Below, one piece after another: positions 48,309 through 58,649 of a stretch of 64,000 bases of DNA. Location: contig CDROCS010005394.1 of assembly GCA_977020255.1 (NCBI GenBank), forward strand, positions 62,001 to 126,000. The letters run 5' to 3'. This stretch comes from Obrimoposthia wandeli. Its lineage: Eukaryota. Each line of letters begins with the position of its first letter. Positions within the stretch are counted from its first letter, which is position 1. Under the pieces are notes generated by a model. It saw only the letters and a list, made by a program, of their open reading frames with translations, was not told the DNA's origin and did not search any database. A program made the position numbers and the translations under genes.

Positions 48309-49521
48309 ACAGCTTTTCTAATTGGTCGATGCCAATTTTGACATCAAAACGTTGGTGCAGTTGTTTCTGTCCTTCTACGCCTAAACGCTCACGTTTTTCA
48401 CCATCGCGGAGTAAATCGGCTAATGCGGCCGTTAACTGGTCAACATTATTAGACTCTACCAATACCCCGTTTTCACCACTATCAATCAGCTCTGGGATAC
48501 CTGAAATATCCGTTGCCAAGCAACATACAGACTGGCTTTGTGCTTCCATTAATACATTCGGCATACCATCTCTATCGCCATCGGCAACAATCTTACTTGC
48601 TAGTACAAACAAATCACTTTCACGATATGCTTCAAGCACGGTTAATTGTGGCTGTGCGCCTTGCCATTCAATGTGTTGCTCAATACCAAGCTCTTTAGCC
48701 TGCTCGCGCAACGCTTTCAAAATACCGCCACCGCCAATATGGGTTAACTGCCAGTGCAAATCTTTTGGTAGTTTAGCCAGCGCCTTCAATAAATCATCAT
48801 AACCTTTCTTTGGTACCGCGCGGCCAACACTGATGATTTTTACCGGGTTATCAGCAGCGCTGCCATTCACATCAGCACGAGACACGCGATCGACATGTTG
48901 AAAGCGTGTGAAGTCTAAACCGTGATAAACCAAATGTACCTTGCTTGGGTCTTTAGCAAGGGATTGTAAGTATTCATGATTAGCTGCTGTACAAGTCGAT
49001 AACCATTGTAACTCTGCAAGCTTTTCTGATAAGTCCCATTGCTCAGTTGTCCAAATATCTTTAGCGTGTGCAGAACAAGACCAAGGTAAGCCATTTACCA
49101 GTGCCGCATAACGTGTTACTGACGCTGGCGTATGCAAAAAGTGTGCATACATTTGCTCAACACCTTTTGGCATTTCAGCCGCTAATACTAGGCTTTGACC
49201 AAAGCGACGAAGACGACCACGGCTAGTATCACGTTTTAAATCACGGAAAAATTGCTTAAATACTTTAACCAGTGAGAATTGAGTGCCCAACTTCCAAAAT
49301 GCTTTTAAAACCCGTAATGGTTCATCATGCAAATACTCGGGTAAATACAGTATGTCCGCTTCAATTTGTTGATGGATTGGGTGCGTACTGGTGTCAGTCG
49401 GATGACGTAACGAAACTAAGGTAATATCAAAACCGCGTAATTCTAGCGCACGAATTTCTTGCGCAATAAAGGTTTCTGACAGGCGTGGATAGCCTTTAAG
49501 TACTAATGCAATTTTCTTCAC
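48292..49521 (-). CDS. Glycosyltransferase family 4
   Basis: GYPRLSETFI, VGRAVPKKG and DGDRDGMPNVLMEA. Confidence 0.92.
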   Translation of the reverse strand: MKKIALVLKGYPRLSETFIAQEIRALELRGFDITLVSLRHPTDTSTHPIHQQIEADILYLPEYLHDEPLRVLKAFWKLGTQFSLVKVFKQFFRDLKRDTSRGRLRRFGQSLVLAAEMPKGVEQMYAHFLHTPASVTRYAALVNGLPWSCSAHAKDIWTTEQWDLSEKLAELQWLSTCTAANHEYLQSLAKDPSKVHLVYHGLDFTRFQHVDRVSRADVNGSAADNPVKIISVGRAVPKKGYDDLLKALAKLPKDLHWQLTHIGGGGILKALREQAKELGIEQHIEWQGAQPQLTVLEAYRESDLFVLASKIVADGDRDGMPNVLMEAQSQSVCCLATDISGIPELIDSGENGVLVESNNVDQLTAALADLLRDGEKRERLGVEGQKQLHQRFDVKIGIDQLEKLFDHCG

Positions 49522-49637
49522 TACAGACTACCTTAAACTTTTATAATTAAAACATGAACAAGAGATACACTGCAATGCAGGGTAGGAATAACACATTGAG
49601 CATTTTTCAGCACTTATCGAGCCATAGACTAAGCAGG

Positions 49638-50801
49638 CTAATGCCTCGCAGCGGCACCTTTATCAACAGCCCATTCAATAAGCAGTTTAGCGCTTTGTGG
49701 TGCGCCTTGATTATCGATGTTGATCGTCTCAGTGGTACTATTTAATGCATTGTTAATCGCCGCTTTTAATTTGTCGACACTCAACTCATCGTTTTTGACG
49801 AATTGCAGTACTTTCGCTTCAGCCAATACTTCACTTCGCGCTAACTGCTCAGTCTCCCCTTCCCCTTCAAACGGGATCACAACAGCGGGAACGCCAGTTA
49901 ACAATAAATCCATTACCGTGTTATAACCGGCTCTTGAAATTGACACGTAAGCATTGCTTAGCTCACTTAAAAAGTCATCAGCAAGATCGACAACTTGTAA
50001 GTTTGACTGCTGTTGCGCTTGGAAATACGTTTTATCAGCGCTGTCCATGTTTGGACCCGTGATCAGTAACCACTTTTTATCCGCCGCAAACCCACTGTTA
50101 TACAGCGCCATCACAGCGACTAAAATATCTTTACCGATACTACCGCCGCCCACAGAAACGACGATTGTGTCTCTTGTTTTAGGCGAGTTAGGTTGATTAA
50201 CTAATGTCGGGCACACATAGCCAGAATAACTGATTTTATCCGCAATCATATCGGCAACGGGAAAACTTCTTGATAATGGATAAAAGTCTTCATCACCATG
50301 CACTAATACATGTTGATAATAAGTTTTAACGAGGTTGACGTACTCTTGTTCTCTGACCGTTGAACGTCGCTGTAAAATATCGCGGATAGATGAAACAAGC
50401 ACTGGCGGCTTATCCTGCGATTTAGCCCAATCGAGCAGTGGTAACAATTCAAAGCGCATTTGTCTGCGTCCGAATGGATAGGTTTCAGTAACAATTAAAT
50501 CTGGTTGGAGCGTTTCACAAAGCGCTAATAAAGCCTGCGTGCGCTGTTTTTTATCATCATCACTGACTGGTGTACCATCTGCTTTAGCTAACCCACTAAA
50601 ACCGGAATCAGCACTCTTTACAGCCATTAACTGGTGCATGGTCGCATTACCAAAAGACATACTCGGCACAGGCATACCACCAAAAATGACATCAACTTGT
50701 GCGCCTTGTTCACATAAGGCTTGAACAATAAGAGAAGAGCGACGAACGTGACCAATACCTAATAAATATTGCACATAATACATAATACGCGGTGCTGACA
50801 T
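49638..50801 (-). CDS. GT-B glycosyltransferase (COG4671/GT28-C-like)
   Basis: YVQYLLGIGH, VSVGGG, SISRAGYNT and EQLARS. Confidence 0.85.
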   Translation of the reverse strand: MSAPRIMYYVQYLLGIGHVRRSSLIVQALCEQGAQVDVIFGGMPVPSMSFGNATMHQLMAVKSADSGFSGLAKADGTPVSDDDKKQRTQALLALCETLQPDLIVTETYPFGRRQMRFELLPLLDWAKSQDKPPVLVSSIRDILQRRSTVREQEYVNLVKTYYQHVLVHGDEDFYPLSRSFPVADMIADKISYSGYVCPTLVNQPNSPKTRDTIVVSVGGGSIGKDILVAVMALYNSGFAADKKWLLITGPNMDSADKTYFQAQQQSNLQVVDLADDFLSELSNAYVSISRAGYNTVMDLLLTGVPAVVIPFEGEGETEQLARSEVLAEAKVLQFVKNDELSVDKLKAAINNALNSTTETINIDNQGAPQSAKLLIEWAVDKGAAARH

Positions 50802-50854
50802 ATTTGGTCCTTGCGAAAAATAAATTTAGAAAATGCGATACTATTACTTCAATA

Positions 50855-52036
50855 CTATGACTTTGATACTAGCTCGCCAAATCGGTCAGCGACAAAGTCT
50901 AAACCGTTCAGTAGTTTATCAAGTTTATGTTTACTCGGCTTACCCTGCTGTAATAATTTTAAAATACCGTCAACCATCACTTCTGTTGCACGTTCAGAAT
51001 CTAAATCAAGCATAGATAATAGCCCTATCGACGCTGCATTACGCGCGCGAATAAGCTGTTCTTCACGTGGTTGTGTCCGCGGCAGTATCATTGCGGGTTT
51101 ATCAAACGACAAGATCTCACAAAACGTATTGTAGCCACCCATCGCGATCACCGCTTCAGCCTCAAACATTAAATGCTCAAGGTGATTGCTAAATGTAAGT
51201 GCATCTACATGAGGAAGTACTTCCGCCCTGCGCAAAAAATCATTGCGTTCAGTGGCAGGCATAAAGGGGCCAAGTACAAACAAAGCAGGCATCAAGGATA
51301 GATCACTTTCATATGCGCGAAGCACCCAATCAATCATCTCGACACCATCACCGCCACCACCAGGAGTGACTAAAATATAAGGACGTTCGGGAAAATTAAT
51401 CGAATCAGTATCAATTTTTTGTGGTAACTGTCGAGGTAAATAGCCACCAAACAAAGTTTTATCTATAACCACTTGTTTGATATCCAATCCTTTTAATGGG
51501 TTCGACACTTCAGCTGGACCGTAAACCCACAGTTCATCATAAAGATTCTCGAGTAACGGCATCACATTTTTTTTCTGCCACTCTTTCTTCAATAACGCAG
51601 GTGAATCCATCACATCACGTAAACCGAGAATACACTGGGTATCTGTGTCTTTAAAATATTCTAAGGTACTAATAACTTCATCTTTTAAGCCACCCGGTTC
51701 TTTATCGACCAGGAAAATATCCGGCTTAAATACTTTTGAGGTATTAAGGATAATAGATTCACGCAATGCCAAGGTATCAGCAAGGTCAATAAGTAAGCCG
51801 AGTGAAGTGTATTCACCATTATGCAGCTTGATCACACCAGGTATACGAATGAAATCAACACGGGCTTTAAAATCAAAGCGGCCAATAATCGGCGACCCCG
51901 TAATAATAAGCACAGACAAGCCCTTGTATCGGTCAACAAGCTCATGCGCGATAGTTCTACAGCGGCGCAAATGCCCAAGACCGAAAGAGTCATGGCTGTA
52001 GATAAGCAAACGGCTATTATTTAATTTACTGCGCAC
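50855..52036 (-). CDS. GT-B glycosyltransferase (COG4671/GT28-C-like)
   Basis: YSHDSFGLGHLRR, VTPGGGGDG, AMGGYNTFCEIL and EQLIRA. Confidence 0.85.
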   Translation of the reverse strand: MRSKLNNSRLLIYSHDSFGLGHLRRCRTIAHELVDRYKGLSVLIITGSPIIGRFDFKARVDFIRIPGVIKLHNGEYTSLGLLIDLADTLALRESIILNTSKVFKPDIFLVDKEPGGLKDEVISTLEYFKDTDTQCILGLRDVMDSPALLKKEWQKKNVMPLLENLYDELWVYGPAEVSNPLKGLDIKQVVIDKTLFGGYLPRQLPQKIDTDSINFPERPYILVTPGGGGDGVEMIDWVLRAYESDLSLMPALFVLGPFMPATERNDFLRRAEVLPHVDALTFSNHLEHLMFEAEAVIAMGGYNTFCEILSFDKPAMILPRTQPREEQLIRARNAASIGLLSMLDLDSERATEVMVDGILKLLQQGKPSKHKLDKLLNGLDFVADRFGELVSKS

Positions 52037-52172
52037 TTGAACTCTCTTTAACTAAATACAACTAAGACAAATCAGATTATCAAAAAAAAACAATCTAAGA
52101 TAGCGTACTGCTCAATTAACAAGCCTTGCACTTAATATTTGAATCTAAGCAACATTAAAAATACACTTCTAA

Positions 52173-54575
52173 TTAGTTATAATCCGAATCTATTCTATCG
52201 TTCTTTTTAATATCTGCAGAGACACTTAATGCCGCTGCAGCCCCCACTTTTTCAGCCAGTTCCACGTTTTTCTCAATACTGTCCTTAATATCGTCTTTAC
52301 CATCCTGTTGGGTTAATACATGGACTGAACGATGCGCAAACTCAATACCATTATCTTTTAATGATTCTTGTACCAGTCTAAATGCTTCGCGGCGAATAAC
52401 CCATTGCTCTCCAGGTACACAAGTAAACTTCATCCGGAAAATAAGCGCAGACTCTTCAACTCTGGTCACACCTTGCGACTTCAGTGGCAGTAAAAAGTGC
52501 TGGCCGTATTCAGGATGCAATAACATTTTTTGCCCGACTTTTTTAATCAACTTACGCACTTTTTCAACATCAGTTCGATAATCTAATCTGAATTCCAATT
52601 TTTTGGTGATCCAATCTCGAGATAAGTTACGCACGGTAGCCATCTCACCAAAGGGGATGGTTTGTATCGCACCAAGATGATGGCGTAAGGTAATTGAACG
52701 AATCGAAATACGCTCAACCGTACCACGTAACCCAGCAGCCTCGATGTACTCACCACGGCGGAATGCATCATCAAGTAAAAAGAAAATACCTGAAATAACA
52801 TCCTGAACCAGTTTCTGAGCACCAAAACCAACGGCAATACCAACGATACCAGCACCCGCTAGCAGCGGCGCAATTTCAACACCGACAATACTTAAGATCA
52901 TTAATAGCACACTAGAAAATAAGAACACCATTAAAAATGAGCGCACCAATGGCAGTAAGGTTTCAGAACGAGAAGCACCACCGCCACCGCCTTCACCTTC
53001 CAATGTCGATGTGCCACTATCATCAATCTCAGCTGGTAGATGGCGTTCTATCGCAGATTGAATAATTTCCCAAACTGCATACGCAATAATAACGACGACG
53101 ATAATATCCACGAACATCTGAATAAAACCACCTAAACTATTCGCCAGTTTCTCCCAAGCATTATGATCGAAACTTGCATCTATGTGATAGAAAATAGCAG
53201 CCGCGAATATAACTCTAAAAGCGATGATGACTCGGCGAATAAATTTATCACAACGCATTTCAAAAGAATGGCTTTGCAACCAAGTAATACGCTTGAGCTG
53301 AGTAAGAATGACAAAAATAAAACGATCTAATATAGGATAAGTAAACGTCAGCCACCAAATAGGGGTGAAATTATCAGCTTGCTCGTAATAACCTAAGAAC
53401 TCGTACATAGCCCAAAAAACCCAAGCCACAAATAGCCAGATGGTAAAAACTGTCGCCCACGTTTGACGAAAAAAACGCGTAAACGCGGAACTGGTTTCTT
53501 TGGCATCAATAAACATGCTTTCGATGGTTTTTCGATTAAACCAAATGAAGGCAATCGATAACACATTTAAAATCATCCCCGTCGCAGGAATAATCAATGC
53601 AAACAGAATAGTGTCTAATGAGAAGAGTATGAGAATATACCAGAATGTCGTAATCGTAAGGTATATCGCCATAAAGGATAGAATTGACCAATACAGACGA
53701 CTTGCCGATGCACAATCAATTTTAAATAAGCGATTACCTTTGGCATACGGTGCAAAGATAAGTCGTAGTACAATCTTCAGCCCTCTAATTTTGACAACAA
53801 GACCCAGTAAATGCAGGCTTAATACCCGAAATGGGTCGGTTTCACTGTAATTATAAATGGCAATAAGTGCGGCGGTTAACGCAAAAATAGCAATACCAAC
53901 GTATTGAAAAAATCCGCGCATCAATAAGTAATCAAGATTATCTTTAAAACTCGACCCTTTCTCTTTCCCTACCCCTTCAGAAAAAGTATCCATTTTTAAA
54001 CTGGCAACACGCTCAACAGTAAAGCCACAAACAAGCATCAATACGAAGATAGTAAATAACGATGTAAATCGTGTCAGTCCTTGACCACTGGTGAGATTAT
54101 CGATCAATTCAGCCTGGTGTTCAGACCATAACGCCAAACTAGCTAATAATTTGTTTTTACGATCTTTCGCATCCATTAAAAAGATAAAACGCGCCATTTC
54201 ATCATTTTGATAACCGTATTCTTTATTACCGGCATGCTCAGGTGAAGAGTCGACTACGCGCCAGTTTTTAGCTTCATGCGCTGTTTTTTTATTAATCACA
54301 AAACTGTCACCACCTGCCAAGCTATCAACTGGTCTGATTTCAGTTAAGGGATCGTCTATTATGGTATTCGCTATAGGCGGGTTATTTTCCGACAAGTAAT
54401 CGTTACGATTACTTGTCGGGTTGCTATTTGATAAATCAACCGTTTCTTGTTGCTGTAATAGCGTGCCACCATATGCATGAGCAGTACTTGCCCCACTCAG
54501 CATCAAGAGCATATAAATAAATATTGTAGCGACAACAGTCCGACTAAAGACGCTTGAGATAATACGCTCGGGCAT
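52173..54575 (-). CDS. Large MscS-family mechanosensitive channel with signal peptide and extra TM helices
   Basis: C-terminal AGAGIVGIAVGFGAQKLVQDVISG and GTVERISIRSITLR; N-terminal signal, periplasmic segment and many TM helices; 800 aa. Confidence 0.9.
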   Translation of the reverse strand: MPERIISSVFSRTVVATIFIYMLLMLSGASTAHAYGGTLLQQQETVDLSNSNPTSNRNDYLSENNPPIANTIIDDPLTEIRPVDSLAGGDSFVINKKTAHEAKNWRVVDSSPEHAGNKEYGYQNDEMARFIFLMDAKDRKNKLLASLALWSEHQAELIDNLTSGQGLTRFTSLFTIFVLMLVCGFTVERVASLKMDTFSEGVGKEKGSSFKDNLDYLLMRGFFQYVGIAIFALTAALIAIYNYSETDPFRVLSLHLLGLVVKIRGLKIVLRLIFAPYAKGNRLFKIDCASASRLYWSILSFMAIYLTITTFWYILILFSLDTILFALIIPATGMILNVLSIAFIWFNRKTIESMFIDAKETSSAFTRFFRQTWATVFTIWLFVAWVFWAMYEFLGYYEQADNFTPIWWLTFTYPILDRFIFVILTQLKRITWLQSHSFEMRCDKFIRRVIIAFRVIFAAAIFYHIDASFDHNAWEKLANSLGGFIQMFVDIIVVVIIAYAVWEIIQSAIERHLPAEIDDSGTSTLEGEGGGGGASRSETLLPLVRSFLMVFLFSSVLLMILSIVGVEIAPLLAGAGIVGIAVGFGAQKLVQDVISGIFFLLDDAFRRGEYIEAAGLRGTVERISIRSITLRHHLGAIQTIPFGEMATVRNLSRDWITKKLEFRLDYRTDVEKVRKLIKKVGQKMLLHPEYGQHFLLPLKSQGVTRVEESALIFRMKFTCVPGEQWVIRREAFRLVQESLKDNGIEFAHRSVHVLTQQDGKDDIKDSIEKNVELAEKVGAAAALSVSADIKKNDRIDSDYN

Positions 54576-54945
54576 AGTATAACCAATTATTGATTGATAA
54601 GAATAACTATAGTATCAAAACTTTATGTTCAGGTGACACTACTAAAAACATTAAAATCGAGTTCAGCTCTTTAATAAGACAATATTAATCCCAGTTAAAA
54701 TAGCTCAAAACAACAATAATTATGAGATAGAATCACTTAAAAATATAAAAAACACTACCAACATCAAATTTTTAATTAACAAATAATAAACTTAAACCAA
54801 GTTTGAATAAAATGATGTTATCCTTATAGTCAGGATCGATATATAAATACCCATTTTACAATAACTCAACACTTGTGATATAAAAACGTAAATGTTAGTC
54901 TACCTCAAAATGTAGATGTATATTATTTATAGTCTGTCTGATTCC

Positions 54946-54969
54946 ATTGATATTGATATTGATATTGAT
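54946..54969. repeat. (ATTGAT)4 simple sequence repeat
   Basis: Four exact hexamers ending 44 bp before the GTG of the lipoprotein gene. Confidence 0.9.
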
Positions 54970-55012
54970 AATTAGGCAACTCTTGCATAAATTATAATTA
55001 AAGGAATTAACA

Positions 55013-55930
55013 GTGAACATTAAACTTCTTGCGGTAGCGGTTGCCGGTATTTTACTATCAGGCTGTAATGATGACAACGGTGAATTGAATAATCTATCAG
55101 TTCAAGCATTCGATCCAGCGATTATGGCAATGGAAGCAAAAGCAGTGTGTACTGATGGCACAACTGAAACAAGCATCACAGGCTATGACGGTAAAGCTCA
55201 TTTTTTCAAGCTAACACCACAGCTTTCTCCTGAAACTTGTTTGTTTACATTTACTGGTGGTAATAACGCTGTTGACGTATCAAATGGCAAATCAATGGCA
55301 GGTGTGAGATACACTATTCCTAAAGGTATGGCTAAAGTAGGCAGCCCAGTAACAGCATCGCCACTAACAACGCTTATCGCAAAAGAATTAGGCAATGCAG
55401 AATACTCTGAATTAAAAGCAAAATCGGTATTAACATCGTTAGGTTTAGGTGGTTTAGTTGACAGTTTAGCTAACGACGGCGTGGACGTAGCTGAATTACT
55501 ATCTAACACAGAAGCAGTTTTAGCAAAATTAACCACGACTAGATCCGCTGATGCGAGCAAGCTTGCAGCAACAACAGCAGTACTATCTGATGTATTAGTA
55601 GCAGCAGAAAAAACAGGTACAACAGCATCAGATGCATCAGTAACAGACCTTGCTAAATCAGTTAATGCACTAGCTCAGGCTGTTATACTATCAGAGCCAA
55701 ATTTCCCTAAGAGTAAGAATAACTCAGAACAAGTTGTTAAAATAACTGTAACTGCTGCAGATATTAAAAAAATAGTAGATGCTGTAGAAGCAGCAGCACC
55801 AAATGCTCCACTACCAACAGCTCCAAAACAAACACCAGTTGATGGTAAACAGGAAGCTAAACCTACAGCCCCTATTACTTCAGGTGGTACTACTTCAGGT
55901 GGTGTTACTCCTTCAGGTGGTGCCGATTAA
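55013..55930 (+). CDS. Hypothetical lipoprotein with Pro/Thr/Gly-rich tail
   Basis: Lipobox LLSGC; C-terminal TSGG repeats; no family recognised. Confidence 0.8.
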   Translation: MNIKLLAVAVAGILLSGCNDDNGELNNLSVQAFDPAIMAMEAKAVCTDGTTETSITGYDGKAHFFKLTPQLSPETCLFTFTGGNNAVDVSNGKSMAGVRYTIPKGMAKVGSPVTASPLTTLIAKELGNAEYSELKAKSVLTSLGLGGLVDSLANDGVDVAELLSNTEAVLAKLTTTRSADASKLAATTAVLSDVLVAAEKTGTTASDASVTDLAKSVNALAQAVILSEPNFPKSKNNSEQVVKITVTAADIKKIVDAVEAAAPNAPLPTAPKQTPVDGKQEAKPTAPITSGGTTSGGVTPSGGAD

Positions 55931-55953
55931 TAGTTCCTACTAATTAAATCTTT

Positions 55954-55979
55954 AAGGCTCCTGTTTAGGGGCCTTTTTT
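55954..55979 (+). terminator. Intrinsic terminator between the lipoprotein and YjbH-like genes
   Basis: AAGGCTCCT-GTTT-AGGGGCCTT followed by a T tract. Confidence 0.7.
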
Positions 55980-56004
55980 CTTACTTTCAAACATAGAAAC
56001 AGTT

Positions 56005-58113
56005 ATGTCCATTATAAAAACAACGTTATTAACCAGTGTGACTCTTGCAGCTTCTTGCTCTGTCCTAGCTAACGTAGATAATTTACTTTCAGCTCAGAGT
56101 TTCACCGGTGCATTATTAACACCTAATGCACAAGTGATCGATTATGGTGATTTTTCGCTGCTTTATGGCCAAGGGGTGCCTTTACAAAATCATATTGCCG
56201 ATCTGGATAACCTATTCTTCGCCGCAGGCTTTGCTCCTGGCTTCGAAGCTGGTGGTCGCATCGTCACCCAAACCTACTCATGTAGTATTTTCGAAAAATC
56301 AGATTGTGGCATCCGCGATCTTTCTGCCTCTGCGAAATTCCAACTACCGTTTGTCTATGATTATACCGGTTTTAATGTTGCCATTGGTGGTCAAGATATC
56401 GGTGGTGCAGCAAATAATTTTGCAACCTACTATGCTGTTGCAGATTATGAATTCGAAGTTTTACCTGTACGCTTTAGTGCCGGTTATGGTAAATCAGACA
56501 TGACAATGGGCATCATGAATGGTCCGTTTGGCTCTATTGAATTACAGCCATTACCTTTCGTACAACTTGTTGGAGAATACGATTCAACCGAGTTTAATGG
56601 CGCAGTTAAAGTCTTTACACCTGAAGACTTATTACCCTATGGCGCACAAATTGCCTTGCAGTACCAAGTTTATACCGGCCATGAGTCAACCAACGCAAAC
56701 AAAGAAAATGAGACCATGTGGGCGTTAAATGCCAGCATGCCGTTCGTGAATTATAATTTCACGCAAGCTGATGCTTACGGGAAAGGTAAAACATTAGCCT
56801 TAAGTGACACCATACACATAGCGCAAGCACAAAGTACATCAGCAAGCCTGACAGAGCTTAAAAAGGCATTGGTTGATGAAGGCTTCATCAACGTGCAATT
56901 TGGTAGTAAAGAGTCGAAAATCATTGTGTCTTTAGAAAACCGTCGTTATAACCATAACCAAATGGATGGTGTCGGTGTCGCGCTGGGTATTATCAGTAGC
57001 CATTTAGGCAGTGATATTTATAGCGACCTAGGTATTGAAGCAGGTAATCAAGAGTTTGAACTATTTACATTAGTTAATGACATTCCGATGATGCGTATAA
57101 GTACTTCGGCAGTCTGTTATCGTCATTTTGTAAAAACAGGTGAGTCTTGTATTGACCTTAAGTTTTCAACAAGCATGTTAACTGAAGTAATCAAAGAAGG
57201 TAATTGGTTAGAAAATAACAACGAATCAGACTTTGGCCGAACTCAAGTTATTTTAGCGCCTGTATTAAAGCATCGTGATGCGACAGAATTAGGTGTATTT
57301 GATTATTCTTTAGCACTCGCAACCAATGTATATACCACATTATGGACAGGTGCAGCAGTCGATGTTCGCCACTTATTACCCGTTGATAACAGTGATGACT
57401 TTGAAGACGGCGAATATTGGGCTAATGACCGTCATGAAAGCGAGATAGATCGTATTTTAATCCATCAAGCATTCCGCCTACCATTTGATGTAACAAACCA
57501 AGCTTCTTTTGGTGTTATCTATACTGATTATCAAGGTTTCATAAATGAAACAAATTGGACATCACCAGAAGGTAGACATAGTTTTAACTTCCAAATCAGT
57601 CAGTTTTCATATACTGAAGAACGTAATAACAATGGTTATTACATGGAAGACCGAGATACGACGCTTTCAAGTTATACCTTGTCTATACCCGAATTTAACT
57701 GGCAAGGTTCTGTCGAAGGTGGTAACTATTGGGGTGGTGATTCTGGCTACAAAATTACATCCACACACTGGTTAGGAGATGCAAAGCTAGAGGCAACATA
57801 TCAATCAACAAAAACCGTTGATGCTGATGAAAATGAAGAATTTATTTCATTAAATGTTTCAATACCATTAACATTATGGCGTGATATGAAACCGGGTTAT
57901 GTCCAGCTACGCGGTACAGAGCAATTTACTTATGGTCTACAGACTCGTATTGGTAAGTCTCACAATAGCCTCAATACAGGAATGGGATCATCAATCAAGC
58001 TACAACACAGTCTAGCTCGTCAGTATTATAACGATGATAGAATGTCACCTAAATATTTTGAATCTAATGTATCTCGACTACGAAATGCTTATTTAAAATA
58101 TTTGACCTTGTAA
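56005..58113 (+). CDS. YjbH/GfcD-like outer-membrane protein
   Basis: Signal peptide; QSFTGALLTPNAQV, DLSASAKFQLP, IGGQDIGG, YWGGDSG and SLNVSIPL; 702 aa. Confidence 0.8.
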   Translation: MSIIKTTLLTSVTLAASCSVLANVDNLLSAQSFTGALLTPNAQVIDYGDFSLLYGQGVPLQNHIADLDNLFFAAGFAPGFEAGGRIVTQTYSCSIFEKSDCGIRDLSASAKFQLPFVYDYTGFNVAIGGQDIGGAANNFATYYAVADYEFEVLPVRFSAGYGKSDMTMGIMNGPFGSIELQPLPFVQLVGEYDSTEFNGAVKVFTPEDLLPYGAQIALQYQVYTGHESTNANKENETMWALNASMPFVNYNFTQADAYGKGKTLALSDTIHIAQAQSTSASLTELKKALVDEGFINVQFGSKESKIIVSLENRRYNHNQMDGVGVALGIISSHLGSDIYSDLGIEAGNQEFELFTLVNDIPMMRISTSAVCYRHFVKTGESCIDLKFSTSMLTEVIKEGNWLENNNESDFGRTQVILAPVLKHRDATELGVFDYSLALATNVYTTLWTGAAVDVRHLLPVDNSDDFEDGEYWANDRHESEIDRILIHQAFRLPFDVTNQASFGVIYTDYQGFINETNWTSPEGRHSFNFQISQFSYTEERNNNGYYMEDRDTTLSSYTLSIPEFNWQGSVEGGNYWGGDSGYKITSTHWLGDAKLEATYQSTKTVDADENEEFISLNVSIPLTLWRDMKPGYVQLRGTEQFTYGLQTRIGKSHNSLNTGMGSSIKLQHSLARQYYNDDRMSPKYFESNVSRLRNAYLKYLTL

Positions 58114-58136
58114 CTCGTTAATATAAAGGTCTATTC

Positions 58137-58175
58137 AACGTGTGTGCTACCGACTAACTTAGTAGCGCACACGTT
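58137..58175. terminator. Hairpin after the YjbH-like gene
   Basis: AACGTGTGTGCTAC...GTAGCGCACACGTT followed by ATTTATT. Confidence 0.7.
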
Positions 58176-58262
58176 ATTTATTCTTCAATAGTAAAAACAC
58201 CAATTTATCTCAGCTAATAATTTACCTATGCTTATGAGTGCCATCAATTAAGGTATATCACT

Positions 58263-58634
58263 ATGCGTAATTATTATCTATCACACAATTATACTTCGTT
58301 ATTACTATCAATCCTATTATTCTCATCTCCCTGTAACTCGAGCCCACCTCTGAACAACATTGATCTAATCCAATTAATTAAACAAGGAAAATCAACTTTT
58401 TCACTTCAGCCATTTCAAATAATAAAAATCAACCAAAATAAAACAACTAATAACTGGCAGGTGATGCTTGGAAGAAAGGATTTTAAGCACGCAGAATTCA
58501 CTTATTCCAACGAACATGTGCAGAAGTCCATGCTATTCACTACATTTGGTAAGTACAAAATAACAATAATATCGCAAAGCATGGATGATTGTCAGAATAT
58601 TATACGTTACTCAATTATTGCCAATGTACAATAA
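58263..58634 (+). CDS. Small hypothetical, possibly exported protein
   Basis: 123-aa ORF with a hydrophobic N-terminal stretch, 15 bp before the next gene. Confidence 0.55.
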   Translation: MRNYYLSHNYTSLLLSILLFSSPCNSSPPLNNIDLIQLIKQGKSTFSLQPFQIIKINQNKTTNNWQVMLGRKDFKHAEFTYSNEHVQKSMLFTTFGKYKITIISQSMDDCQNIIRYSIIANVQ

Positions 58635-58649
58635 CAAGTAGGCGTTTCC

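Noticed and set aside
46474-52036. Capsule, O-antigen or colanic-acid locus
   Set aside because: No wzx, wzy, wzz, wza, initiating transferase or nucleotide-sugar genes in or near the block.
4520-53850. Many 60-160-aa ORFs antisense to or nested within assigned genes (e.g. 11506-11826, 48329-48802, 51645-52001, 53500-53850)
   Set aside because: They fully overlap well-supported genes and lack motifs, as expected for shadow ORFs.
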